A stretch of 64,000 nt of DNA from contig NC_043009.1 in assembly GCF_006345805.1 (NCBI RefSeq), positions 60,078,001-60,142,000 on the forward strand. Direction: 5' to 3'. Positions 12,440 through 24,323 of the stretch are shown here, piece by piece. How positions within the stretch are numbered: position 1 is the first letter of the stretch; the number at the start of each line of letters is the position of its first letter. The stretch comes from Octopus sinensis (Eukaryota). Under the pieces are notes generated by a model. The model was given only the letters and a program-made list of their open reading frames with translations, was not told the DNA's origin and did no database searches. Position numbers and translations under genes: made by a program.

Positions 12440-12870
12440 AACTGCTGGGCTAGTAGCCAGCTAGAAATAGCGACTAAATATCCATATAATTTTTTTTAAA
12501 GAACATGTTGGATCATATAGTCCTAGATAGATTGTGCTTGAAATAAAGATAGGTTGGTCATAGGTGGAGCGCTTTTGATTGCAGGTCTTCTAAATCAGAG
12601 CTGGCCGGGTCCTAAACAAGAACCAGAAGAGCAACGACATTATAATTTTACGAGTTAATGAGAGGACCCTCTACATGGTTGTTGGGTCTATTAGAAATAG
12701 CAACCAATTCTCCTGCTAATCACACCACACCACCTTAAATAAAGAAAACTCATTACATGATGTATATCAGGTGAACATCCTGATATACAGAACCGACATA
12801 ATGGCCATGGGCAGGTTGACTTTAATCGCAGGTCAAATCGGTCAGAACTGACTCGAGATTAAACAACAAC
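12440..12870 (+). mobile_element. Two old SINE-like fragments ending in (CAA)n (family D)
   Basis: Repeated ctagaaatagc...cacacc...tggtcat/tggccat...gcaggtc...taaacaa; related fragments at ~210-295, 7445-7490 (-), 41850-41920 (-) and 58005-58075 (-). Confidence 0.5.
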
Positions 12871-13024
12871 TATTAAATGTAACTTATTAATTCAAGCGCC
12901 AATCACTAAGAATGTGACGTCGCATATCATCAGTATTTTATACATACTTTTAAAAGCAGTCGTTTTATTCATTTATTGGTTTCAGTTATTGCACAGAGGC
13001 CATACTGGAGCAACATGTTTTATG

Positions 13025-13060
<36 letters not shown>

Positions 13061-13065
13061 GCACG

Positions 13066-13651
13066 CAGACTATCAGGAAAGAAACAAAAATTATATAGGA
13101 AATATAGGAAATATATTCTTTTCTACTCTAGGCACGAGGCCCGAAATTTTGGGGGAGGGTCCAGTTGATTAAATCGACCCCCAGTGCGTAACTGGTACTT
13201 AATTTATCGACCCCGAAAGGGCGGAATTTGAACTCAGAACGTAGCGGTAGACGAAATACCTATTTCTTTACTACCCACAAGGGTAGGCGGCGAGATGGCA
13301 GAAACGTCAGCACGCCGGGCGAAATGTTTTGAGGTATTTCGTCTGCCGTTACGTTGTGAGTTCAAATTCCGCCGAGGTTGACTTTGCATTTCATCCTTTC
13401 GGGGTTGATAAATTAAGTACCAGTTACGCACTGTGGTCGATGTAATCGACTTAATACCTATGTCTGTCCTTGTTTGTTCCCTCTATGTTTAGCCCCTTGT
13501 GGGTAATAAAGAAATAGGTACTTATTTAATCGACCCCGAAAGGATGAAAGGCAAAGTCGACCTCGGCGGAATTTGAACTCAGAACGTAGCGGCAGACGAA
13601 ATACGGTTACGCATTTCGCCCGACGTGCTAACGATTCTGCCAGCTCGCCAC
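13066..13651. mobile_element. Composite SINE family A locus: minus tail piece, plus-strand copy, minus head piece
   Basis: 13066-13283 (-), 13286-13517 (+), 13517-13651 (-); the two heads are inverted copies of each other. Confidence 0.85.
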
Positions 13652-13959
13652 CATTTATGAAATGAACTATTCTACTGTTGAAGAACTCTTTTTGAATTCA
13701 AATAGCATTCTGTGTTTGAATATAAGTCAGATCTAAATTCATTTTACAAGAGTAAAAACGATAAGAATCTAACCACTGAAGTGGTATGAAGTAATCTGCA
13801 AATATAGAAAAAAAAATAGATGCCTCTTTTACTGTAAGTATTGAAAAAGTATTACCAAAGTTATCATGTCAAAAATACCATAGAACTTTCCTTCAAAACT
13901 AATACATACATACAAACATACATACATACATACATACATACGGTGGTGTATGTGTGTGT

Positions 13960-14332
13960 GAGGCGCAATGCCCAGTGGTTAGGGCAGTTGACTCGCGGTC
14001 GTAGGATCGCGGTTTCGATTCCCAGGCCGGACGTTGTGAGTGTTTATTGTGTGAAAACACTTAAAGTTCCACGAGGCTCCGGCAGGGGTTGGTGGCGAAC
14101 CCTGCTGTACTCTTTCACCGCAACTTTCTCTTACTCTTTCTTCTTGTTTCTGTTGTACCTGTATTTCAAAGAGCCAACTGTGTCACACTCTGTGTCACGC
14201 CGAATCTCCCCGAGAACTCCGTTAAGGGTACACGTGTCTGTGGAGTACTCGGCCACTTGAACGTTAATTTCACGAGCAGGCTCTTCTGTTGATTGGATCA
14301 ACTGGAACCCTCGTCGTTGTAACCGACGGAGT
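13960..14332 (+). mobile_element. tRNA-derived SINE family C with tail type 1 (possibly octopus OR-type)
   Basis: Head ggcgcaatgcccagtggttagggcag...ggtttcgattccc; body ccacgaggctccggcagggg...caactttctct; tail gtcacactctgtgtcac...gttaagggtacacgtgtctgtggag...ggaaccctcgtcg. Confidence 0.8.
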
Positions 14333-15527
14333 ATGTGTGTATACACACATATATACATATATACTTATTTATATAATATATATTTCTGTGTGTGCGTGCG
14401 TGTGCGTGTACGAGCGTGTGTGTGTATATGTGTGTGTATGGATTTCTTTGTTTTAGTGTTCAACAACAACGATAACGGATTCGATAGCCAAAGCAACACT
14501 CCAAGGACTATCGATGAGTGTTCTATTTAATTTTAATTATTTTATTAATTAATTAACGTAAAAAAACCCGTTTGTTTCACACGTTCAAATGTCCATCTAT
14601 TTATTTCAAATATCTGAAGTAGAATGTAAATCAATGAAAATTACAATATTATCCAATGAAAATGACATTATTATCAGTGAAAATTAAATTATCTATGAAA
14701 ATATTAATTTCCTATTCTGGCAGGCTGTACAGTTATAGAGAGAGGGGGGTGGTTGTAAGCAACAAAAGCGAAAGAAAGAAAGAGAGAGAGAGGGGGAAGA
14801 GAGAGGAAAAGAAAGGATGAAAGAGAGGAATGGTATCAAACTCTGTTCATGCATGGAATATATCTTAATTTACCCATCGGGGATGACCTTCTGAATCGTC
14901 GTCATCGTCATCATTTTCGTCACCATCACCACCATCACCACAATCATCATCATCATCATCATCGTCATCATAATAATCATAATCACCCTCATCGTCATCG
15001 TCGTCATCGCCGCCGTCATCGTCGTCATCATCATCATCACCGTTGTCGTCATTTTAGTTCTTGCTTCGTTTTTTTTTTTTTTTTAAATTTTATTTTTCTT
15101 ACTTTCTCTTAATTAATTAATAAGGATACAGAAATAATTATACAGAAATTTTATATTCTGCAAATTGTTGTTGTTGCTGTTGTGGACACTGAACGCATGT
15201 GAACTGGACTGTTTCGCCAGCCTGCGAGCATCTTGGACAGGTTCGGTTGTCAGTGGACCCCATACGTCCATAATTGTTAGTTCATTCGTAATAGATAAAG
15301 CTCTTGAAATTGTCCATATCCCAGACTTGAAAAGTCTCTGCAAATGGTAACTCAGACTGTACTCGTTGATAACCAGAATCACTTCCATTGTCGCGAGTAT
15401 AACTCATTAATACTCTAAAGAATTATAATTATTCACATATTATTTTGTGTTGTTGTTGTTGTTGCTGCTATTATTATTATTATTATTGTTGTTGTTATTA
15501 TTATTATTGTTATTATTATTATTATTA

Positions 15528-15579
<52 letters not shown>

Positions 15580-15625
15580 CATTTTATATTATTATTATTA
15601 TTATATTATATTATTATTTGATTAT

Positions 15626-15880
15626 TCAGTAGTTTTATTTTATAGCGTGCTTTCACTTCACTACCGAGCGCAGATCTGTGTGCCTTGGGTATGTGCTGTG
15701 ATTTGTTGTGATGCTCTGATGGTTATTGTATGGAAAGTGTCTGCGTAGGATGTGCGCAGTGCCTAGTAGTGCAATTTTCTGTATGTTATATGTGTTTGTA
15801 AGTCCTGGTGTTTTGTTATGTATTTGTCCTGAATATTTTTTTATCATGCCTAATGCACCTACTATGATAGGAATTGTTTC

Positions 15881-15884
<4 letters not shown>
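15626..15884 (-). mobile_element. 5'-truncated R4/Dong-clade non-LTR retrotransposon in (TAA)n
   Basis: Minus strand encodes TETIPIIVGALGMIKK...IQKIALLGTAHILRR, typical of the R4/Dong C-terminus, followed by a 3' UTR; (TTA)n on both sides. Confidence 0.8.
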
Positions 15885-15942
<58 letters not shown>

Positions 15943-15959
15943 TTAATATTATTATTGCA

Positions 15960-16455
15960 GTGAAGGCGGTGAGCAGGCAGAATCGTTAGAGTGCCAGGCA
16001 AAATGCTTAACGTTACTTCGTCCATCACTACGTTCTGAGTTCAAATTCCGTTCTGAGTTCAAAGGTCAACTTTGCCTTTCATCCTTTTCGGGCTCGATAA
16101 ATTAAGTACCAGTCAAGTACTGAGGTTGATGTCATCGACTGTACCCCTCCCTTCAAATTCCAGGCCTTGTGTCTATAATAGAATTGATAATAATAATAAT
16201 AATAATAATATTATTAAATATAATGTAATAATAACATTATTAAATATAATGTTGTTGTAGTGAAGGCAGTGTGCAGGCAGAATTGTTAGCAGTATTTCGT
16301 CCGTCTTTACTTTCTGAGTTCAAATTCCACTGAGGTCGATTTGCATTTTATCTTTTCGGGGTCGATAATTTACGTACCAGTTGAATGCTGGGGTCGACGT
16401 CATTGACTTAAATCCTCCCCTGCACTTGTTGACCTTGTGTCAAGATGTGAAACCA

Positions 16456-16456
<1 letters not shown>
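15960..16456 (+). mobile_element. Two SINE family A short-tail copies within (TTA)n arrays
   Basis: gaaggcggtgagcaggcagaatcgttag...gagttcaaattcc...ggccttgtg at 15962-16185 and 16262-16456. Confidence 0.75.
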
Positions 16457-16517
<61 letters not shown>

Positions 16518-16519
16518 TT

Positions 16520-16690
16520 ATGTCTGACTTTTTGCTTTGCATTTGTACAAGTTGGCTCCCAGTCTTACCCAGAGACCTCAAGAGACAACAAATTAGAAGT
16601 TCATGTTGGTGTTATGCCTAGAGTGCCATATATTTGGTTTTGTACAAAGTGTTTGTTCTAGAGAATGTTTAAGAAACCATAAGAAAATTG
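16520..16690 (-). mobile_element. 3' UTR fragment of a second R4/Dong-like family in (TAA)n
   Basis: Highly similar to 22319-22490, whose longer copy ends an ORF in ILRKILSM*. Confidence 0.65.
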
Positions 16691-16765
<75 letters not shown>

Positions 16766-16769
<4 letters not shown>

Positions 16770-16997
16770 TAGTTTTATTTTTATAGCATGCTTTCACTTC
16801 ACTACCGACCGCAGCTCTGTGTGCCTTGGGTATGTGCTGTGATTTGTTGTGATGCTCTGATGGTTATTGTATGGAAAGTGTTCTGCGTAGGATGTGTGCA
16901 GTGCCTAGTAGTGCAATTTTCTGTATGTTATATGTGTTTGTAAGTCCTGGTGTTTTTGTTATGTATTTGTCTGAATATTTTTTTATCATGCCTAATG
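16766..16997 (-). mobile_element. Second copy of the R4/Dong 3' end seen at 15626-15884
   Basis: Encodes LGMIKKYSDKYITKTPGLTNTYNIQKIALLGTAHILRRTLSIQ* in frame; same 3' end; different 5' truncation point. Confidence 0.8.
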
Positions 16998-16998
16998 A

Positions 16999-17047
<49 letters not shown>

Positions 17048-17303
17048 TATTATTATTGTTTTTATTATTGTTATTATTGTATTTTATGTTTTTATTCATT
17101 GTAAATCTCCTATTGTTTCTTGTTTCTGCGTTTTCCTATATAAATTATGGTGGCTATTTCTTCCCTCATCAATCACCAACTGACAACTATGTTATTAGAA
17201 ATCATCACCACCTTTATCATCATCATCATCATCTTCACCATCAATGTAATCATCAACTAATTAGTTGTTCAGCTTTTGGTTTGTAAAATATTTCCTGTAT
17301 TAA

Positions 17304-17921
17304 GGCGGCGAGCTGGCAGAACCGTTAGCACGCCGAGCGAAATGCGTAGCCGTATTTCGTCTGTCACTACCTTCTGAGTTCAAATTCCGCCGAGGTCGAC
17401 TTTGCCTTTCATCCTTTCGATAAATTAAGTACCAGTTACGCACTGGGGTCGATGTAATCGACTTAATCCGTTTGTCTGTCCTTGTTTGTCCCCTCTGTGT
17501 TTATCCCCTTGTGGGTAGTAAAGAAACAGAAATAAGTATTTCGTCTGTCTTTACGTTCTGAGTTCAAATTCCGCCGAGGTCAACTCTACCTTTTATCCTT
17601 TCGGGGTCGATTAAATAAGTACCAGTTACGCACTGGGGTCGATATAATCGTCTTAATCCGTTTGCCCTCTGTGTGTTTAGCCCCTTATGGGTAGTAAAGA
17701 AATAGGTATTTCGTCTGCCGTTACGTTCTGAGTTCAAATTCCGCCGAACCGACTTTGCCTGTCATCCTTTCAGGGGTCGATAAATTAAGTACCAGTTGCG
17801 TACTGGAGTCGATCTAATCGACTGGCCCCATTCCACAAAATTTCTGAACTTGTGCCCAGAGTAGAAAAGAATATATTTCCTATATTTCCTATATAATTTT
17901 TGTTTCTTTCCTGATAGTCTG
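17304..17921 (+). mobile_element. SINE family A trimer with extended 3' flank
   Basis: Head unit plus two headless units starting gtatttcgtctg (~17536, ~17705); the last unit has the short tail plus a 64-bp block shared with 13066-13129. Confidence 0.88.
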
Positions 17922-18629
17922 TGTGTGTGTGTGTGTGTTTGTGCGTGTAGATACACGACGATCAAACTAACTAATGTTGGTCTGTACCAGTAAGACTTAA
18001 AATATTTAGTAAAATCGACAATAAAAGTCAACAGGAAAATTGCAATGGGGAGTGGAAACGCCAACTTCAGGCAAATGTTGATTGGACAGAAATTAAAATG
18101 TAGTTGCAGAGTTTTGCAGACACTGACTCTTCTTAATTTATCTTAAGCAAATTTCTCCCTAAATAAGGCTTTTGTGCGAAACGTTGGATTTTTTCTGCAC
18201 TCCCTACAGCAACGTCCCTCTATTGTCCTTGAAAATTTTACTACAGACACATATAAACAACACACAATATTTATACTTCTATTTATATTATTTATATTTA
18301 TATGTATACATACATGCACGTTTGTTTGTATATATATATTATATATATATATAATATATATGATATATAGATTATATATATAATATATAAAATAATAATA
18401 ATAAAATTAATAATAATAATATTAGGGAGTAAAACTCCAAACTTACAGGGAAAAATTCAATTAGTATTAAATCAATTTTCACAATATAAATATATGAAAT
18501 ATAAATTAAGAGATAATTTTATACTTTTTGTGATCTAGTTATACGTTTTATAAAAATATATTTTTAAATATTATTCTGTCGGTTTATGTCTATCACTGTT
18601 TGAATTGCATAATAGTGGTTTTATTAATC

Positions 18630-18669
<40 letters not shown>

Positions 18670-19076
18670 CACAGACTCACTGGAGTCTTGGGAATTTGTT
18701 CCGGCTCTCTGTGCTCTGAGTTCACATCGTACTGATTTCAGCTTTACCTTTCCACCTTTCGTATTAATAATAGAGCACCATACTGGTGTTTCATTGACGG
18801 AGCAGTAGAAGATCAAAGTGATGCCTCATGTGTTTCATTCGGGTTTGTGCAATCACTTTCAAATCTTGGCTCATGACACCGGCAAAACTGTGATAGGCTT
18901 GGGAAGACCTTCATCAATAACCCAGTATTTCGGAGCCGTATATATATATATATATTATATATATATATATGGAGAGAGAGAGAGAGAGAGAGAAATACAT
19001 CACTATAAAATATACGTCGTGCTGAATCGAGGAAAGTAAGCTAACAGAATTTAAAAAAAAATTTTAATGCGTTATA

Positions 19077-19131
19077 TCTGTACTGATTAATTTCGGGATT
19101 AATCCAACGCATTTTTTGCCTCATCAGCAGA
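19077..19131 (-). ncRNA. Type I hammerhead ribozyme (copy 1)
   Basis: tctg CTGATGA ggcaaaaaatgcgttggattaatccc GAAA ttaatcag TA caga; core intact, stem III imperfect. Confidence 0.7.
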
Positions 19132-19581
19132 GAATACGGTATGAAATCAGTGAAATACAAGCACCCATGGAAAAAAAACAGAACCAAAAGTCATGTGTAC
19201 ACATAAGTACCCCAGATATATCCAAATAAAAAATTCCGTAGCGAACCTCAGCACACGTGTAATCGGTCAGGAACTACAACTTAGAGAGATCACCAGTCCC
19301 GAAGTGAATGGTAATAAATCTACTTCTAATATAGGATAAAATTTTTTCAAAAAATTTCATCAAGTGGCCAGCATATCAAAATACCTTTTAAGGTGAAAAT
19401 TATAAACAATTATAAATTATAAATAAGGGCAAAACAAAAAAATTCTATGCCAATGTGCTGAGTAATAAACTTTAAATAGTCAATTACCACATACAAATAT
19501 GCATCACTATAAAATACATGTCACGCTGAATCGAGGAAAGCAAGCTAACAGAATGGTTTTTTAAAAAAGAAGCGATATATA

Positions 19582-19636
19582 TCTGTATTGATCAATTTCG
19601 GGATTAATCCAACGGATTTTTCGCCCCATCAGCAGA
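19582..19636 (-). ncRNA. Type I hammerhead ribozyme (copy 2)
   Basis: tctg CTGATGG ggcgaaaaatccgttggattaatccc GAAA ttgatcaa TA caga; perfect palindromic stem III; core has A9>G. Confidence 0.65.
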
Positions 19637-19850
19637 GAATACGCTTTAAAAAAATTCTGTTAGCTTGCTTTCCTCGATTCAACACGGCATGTATTTTATA
19701 GTGATGTATATTGTATGTGGCGATTGACGATTTAAAGTCTATTTCTCAGCATATTGCCATAGAAATTTTTTCTTTTGCCGTTATTTCTAATTGCATACAC
19801 ACACCCACACATATATATATAGAGAGAGACAGAGACAGACAGACAGTGAG

Positions 19851-19913
<63 letters not shown>

Positions 19914-20099
19914 AGGAGTCGGAATTATATAAGATGACTGGGAAAAATATTTTCGGCATTTTCATCAACATAGCTACATTGACAGGAGGTTTATACAGAG
20001 ATAAAGGCTTTATAACCTCGTATTATATGAACAATCATCAGACAGAACGATACAAAGAAAAACAGACTCTACTGAATAATTTATAGTGGTTTGCTTTAG

Positions 20100-21100
20100 A
20101 AATATAGCTGAAACCACTTTAAGAACAGTTAATATTATGAACATTCAATTTAATCAGTAATAAATTCTACCCTTACTGAAAATTTAATGAGAGTCTGTTT
20201 TACATAAATAGGAATTCAAAAGACCAACCTTCTCTTCGAGCAAATTTTGTCTCCAACACTTGTAAAGTTCAGCTTCAAGGCCTCGTTTTTTAGTTATCAT
20301 TAGTATAACAAGACACTTCGCAATAGTGACGTTACGCCTAAAGCACATTACACTATGAGGACTGATATTTTCAAGTGTTAAAACGAACCATGAAATATTC
20401 ATCCTATTTGTCTGTATGTCAACACTTATATTTTCAGAGACAAACCTGATCTCTTTTTCTTATTTTCTGATTAAACAGATATCGTAAGTAGAAATATGGT
20501 TTAGACAAACTATTAATGTTGTAAATATTTTACACATCATGTTAGTAATTGCATTTCTCGAAACCTTTTCAACAACAGCAATATAGTCACATTTCCTACT
20601 TGCAAATGAATAACCGCTAGTATTTGTCCACTTAATGATAATTGTCTTTTAAAAACTCTAATTTATTGCGAGGAAATTCAACAGTGCCTCCAGAAACAGC
20701 ATCGAAAGTGAATAGCAATTGCTTTAAAATTTGTTTTTATCAATATATTCAACAGTCATGAGACCCGGAGGACAATTTGCTGCAAGATTCTTCAAATACA
20801 TTTAGTTACAAAAGAGAACAGATTTGTCGAGTTTCAAATACAATCGTGGTTTCTCGGTTGCGCTACTCATTATATAAGTGATAGTTTGCGTTCAAATATG
20901 CACCAAAGGCTTTGTTTATATGAGAGATTATTAAATACGGTTTCAACAGAGCAATAGATTAATAACAGCGTTCAGAAATATGGGATTAATGCAAACATTC
21001 TTCAAAGTTCTGCCTTCGCATTTATGAATCTCCAGATGGTTGACTAAAGCTGCGAAATGTTTCAGACGATAAGCTGAAGTAGAAAATTATGCAAACATTA
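20100..21100 (-). pseudogene. Possible ancient hAT transposase remnant
   Basis: Only a weak NSYLCKTDS match (~20190-20217) to the hAT dimerisation motif TYLCExxFS, in otherwise complex sequence. Confidence 0.25.
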
Positions 21101-21190
21101 CAATTAAACAACTCTTCCTTTTAATCCAACAGGATTTACTTAACATTGCACTGTTAGTAATTTTATATTCACACACACACACACCACACA

Positions 21191-21247
<57 letters not shown>

Positions 21248-21248
21248 A

Positions 21249-21453
21249 TACGAGGGGTGCTGAAAAGTTCCTGGCTTTGGGTAAAAGAAAATACAGGAGG
21301 ATCAGTTGATTATGATTTTATTCCACATATTCCACTCTCAGATTTACGCACTCATTGCAGCGGTCCTTTAGTTTTTCTAAGCTCTGTAAAAGAAATCGGA
21401 AGGTTAAGCCTCCAACCAGGCTTAAAACCACGAACTTTCAGCACCACCTCATA
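21249..21453 (-). mobile_element. Mariner-derived MITE with TIRs and TA TSD
   Basis: Left TA-cgaggggtgctgaaaagttcctggcttt; right (reverse complement) TA-tgaggtggtgctgaaagttcgtggttt. Internal minus strand encodes WLEA*PSDFFYR/LEKLKDRCNECVNLRVEYVE*, a mariner transposase C-terminus. Confidence 0.85.
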
Positions 21454-21625
21454 TTTACATACACGTATACACATACATCCACACGTTGAGATACTATGTT
21501 GGCGCAAGTAGACTGCACTTGCAAACATGATCAATGATTTAATTTTGTTGTTTACATACACATGTTGGCCTACTGCCATTCTTTAATAAGTCGGCTTATT
21601 ATTATTATTATAATTATTATTATTA

Positions 21626-21657
<32 letters not shown>

Positions 21658-22125
21658 GAGTGAGAGAGCAGTGCATGCCATCAAAGTGACACTGGGGTAA
21701 AATATACGAAGCCCAGTATACCCCTCATGACTACGCGTCTGATAAGGATACACCAGGCACATGCATCACAACCATATGAGCGCGACATGGTGATCTCATA
21801 TCAAGATAAACAGCACATGACCTTGCAGGTGGGGTCCAGTTAGAATTTTCTTCAGGTCGAGTAGCCCATCCCGCTCAAAAGGTCCCTGAATAAGGATTGC
21901 TTAAAGATGTTGAACGAACCACCCATGTTTCCAAAGGTGAATTATCCAAACACCTAAGAATTCCTTTCAACACACGGCTATGATGCTCCCCCACTACTTC
22001 TGCTCGTAATCAGAGATGCACATATCGTCAGCCACTAAGGGACATGGTCAACTGGTTAAGGTCAAACAACTAACAAGAAAATCTGTGGTATTGAGCAGAA
22101 TATTTGCTGTAGCCCATCTTTTATA
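21658..22125 (-). mobile_element. Unclassified ~470-bp insert in (TAA)n, probably the 3' end of a microsatellite-targeting non-LTR retrotransposon
   Basis: Complex, GC-richer block with sharp edges inside a (TTA)n array; no TIRs and no tRNA head. Strand inferred from analogy with the neighbouring Dong-like inserts. Confidence 0.5.
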
Positions 22126-22162
22126 TAATTGTTATTATTATTATTATTATTTTTTTTTTAAA

Positions 22163-22195
<33 letters not shown>

Positions 22196-22225
22196 TTCAT
22201 TATTATTATTATTATTTTTTTATTA

Positions 22226-22282
<57 letters not shown>

Positions 22283-22318
22283 CATTATTATTATTATTAT
22301 CATTATTATTATTATTAA

Positions 22319-22535
22319 ATGTCTGGCTTTTGCTTTGTATTTGTACAAGTTGACTTCAAGTCTCACCCAGAGATCTCAAGAGACAACAAGTTAGAAGTTC
22401 ATGTTGGTGTTATGCCTAGGCTGCCATATATTGGGTTTTGTACATAATATTGTTCTAGAGAATGTTTAAGAAACCATAAGAAAATTATATTTGTTTTAAA
22501 ACTTGAAATTACATAGAAAGTATTTTGCGTAGGAT
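22319..22535 (-). mobile_element. 3' end of second R4/Dong-like family
   Basis: Minus strand atcctacgcaaaatactttctatgtaa = ILRKILSM*, then the 3' UTR shared with 16520-16690, ending in (TAA)n. Confidence 0.7.
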
Positions 22536-22803
22536 ATATATAGATATATATAGTGTACTGTTCCGAGATGGTAAGATCAACAAAAAAGTATTCCACTTGG
22601 TGAGAGATAAATATTATTCAAGAAGCACAATATATGCTTTAATGTGCTGCTATTAGTTTCATGCGCTGAGAACAAACCAAACAGTGTTTTATAACACGTC
22701 TTGTGTTCAAGCACAATCATCAGACACTGCCCACATGGCATCACGTGAAAACTCAGGTTTTACATCAGTGTCCTTCTCTTAGAAGGACGCTGTGACAACA
22801 GTT

Positions 22804-23258
22804 ACGTACATACATACACACATATACGTACGTACGTACATACATACATACATACATACATACATACATACATACATACATACATGCATGCATACGCACT
22901 ACGTACATAAACATATGCATACATACATACGTACGTACATACAAACATACATACGTACGTACGTACATACATACGTACGTACGTACATACATACAGGCAT
23001 ACATGCATGCATACACACATACATACGTACGTACGTACGTACGTACATACATACATACGTAAACACACATACATACATACACATATGCATACACACGCAC
23101 GTACATACAAATATACATAGCATGCATACATACGTACATACATACATATATACATGCATACATATATACATGCGTGCATGCATACATACATACATACATA
23201 CATACATACATACATGCATACATACATACATACATACATACATACATACATACATACA

Positions 23259-23288
<30 letters not shown>
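22804..23288. repeat. (TACA)n microsatellite with TACG/TGCA variant units
   Basis: Seen directly. Confidence 0.97.
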
Positions 23289-23290
<2 letters not shown>

Positions 23291-24017
23291 ACATCTGGCC
23301 TCGCCAGTGTTCGTTAATACATACAATATATATATATGGAACGTCTTGAATTCGTTATATGTTAGATGAATTGCTTGAAAAAGAAATGCTGACAACTTTG
23401 TGATCGTCTGCCAATTTTCACTTAGATTATTTGTGAGAATATATAAAATTTAAAAGTCTGTTTGAATTGAGCTTCATAAAGACTTGCAAACGAAGTAAAC
23501 AGACACAAAACCTAAAATATATATAGTTTTGTAAATTGCTGAAGAACATGTTTTCTTCCCCTCCCCCAAATACTGTTGTAATTTATATAATTAGTCTAAA
23601 TTAATTATTTTCTTAATTAGTAACTTTTCTAGCGTCTATATTCTTTGTATTTCTGTCTGGAGTTGAAATAAATGAATTTTATACTGTTTCTAACACTGAG
23701 AAAAAGTAAAAACAAAGCGTAAACTTGAGAACAGTGGAAAAAACAATGATTCCAAATTGATTTCAGCATTTCCACACTTAGCGCAACCTGTCAAAATTCT
23801 TTCAATGATGCTGAGCATGTAACATAATTATTATTTGAGAGTATGTACCACGCTTTTGTAGGTTGTTCTTGGTGCCTATCTAGTCGCGTGCGTGCATGGA
23901 CATCCTTTCGATGGTTCTTCCCTCGGTGTAGGTGAACTGTGAGGATGTGACCGCTGAAGAGACATAAGACTGCATTAGCACTCGGCCCGAACTCAGTTTT
24001 AGCTGAGTAGACTGGTA

Positions 24018-24323
24018 GTGGAGGCACATGGCCTAGTGGTTAGAGCAGCGGACTCGCGGTCGAGGGATCGCGGGTTCGAATCTCAGACCGAGCGATGTGT
24101 GCGTTTATGAGCGAAAACAGCTAAGCTCCACGCGGCTTCCGGCAGAAGGTAATGGCGAACTTCTGCTGACTCTTTCGCCACAACTTTCTCTCACTCTTTC
24201 CTCCTGCGTCTTGCAGCGCACCTGCGACGGACCGGCGTCCCGTCCAGGTGGGGAACCTAAACCTCAAGGAAACCGGGAAACAGGCCCTTATGAACCAGTC
24301 ATGGCTCGAGAAGGAAGGAACAA
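24018..24323 (+). mobile_element. SINE family C with tail type 2, flanked by 171-bp direct repeats
   Basis: Head gtggaggcacatggcctagtggttagagcagcggactcgcggtcg...gggttcgaatc; tail ctgcgacggaccggcgtcccgtccagg...; repeats at 23847-24017 and 24324-24494. Confidence 0.88.

Larger units (their letters stand above)
18995..19795 (-). mobile_element. Penelope-like pLTR arrangement: direct repeat (504-bp period) plus inverted repeat, with two hammerheads
   Basis: catcactataaaata...cagagaatacg at 18998-19138 and 19502-19643; 19652-19790 is an inverted copy of ~19420-19554. No ORF. Confidence 0.8.

Noticed and set aside
14849-15112. His-rich ORF
   Set aside because: It is a (CAT/CGT)n trinucleotide repeat running into poly-T; no support for coding.
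15205-15245. Hammerhead-like ctg-TCCAAGA...ggcGAAAcagTC-cag on the minus strand
   Set aside because: The core differs from CTGANGA at three positions; at most a dead PLE relic.
24018-24092. tRNA-like sequence with A and B boxes (also 13960, 38350-38425 and SINE A/B heads)
   Set aside because: No proper acceptor stem, and each continues into a multi-copy SINE body; these are SINE heads, not tRNA genes.
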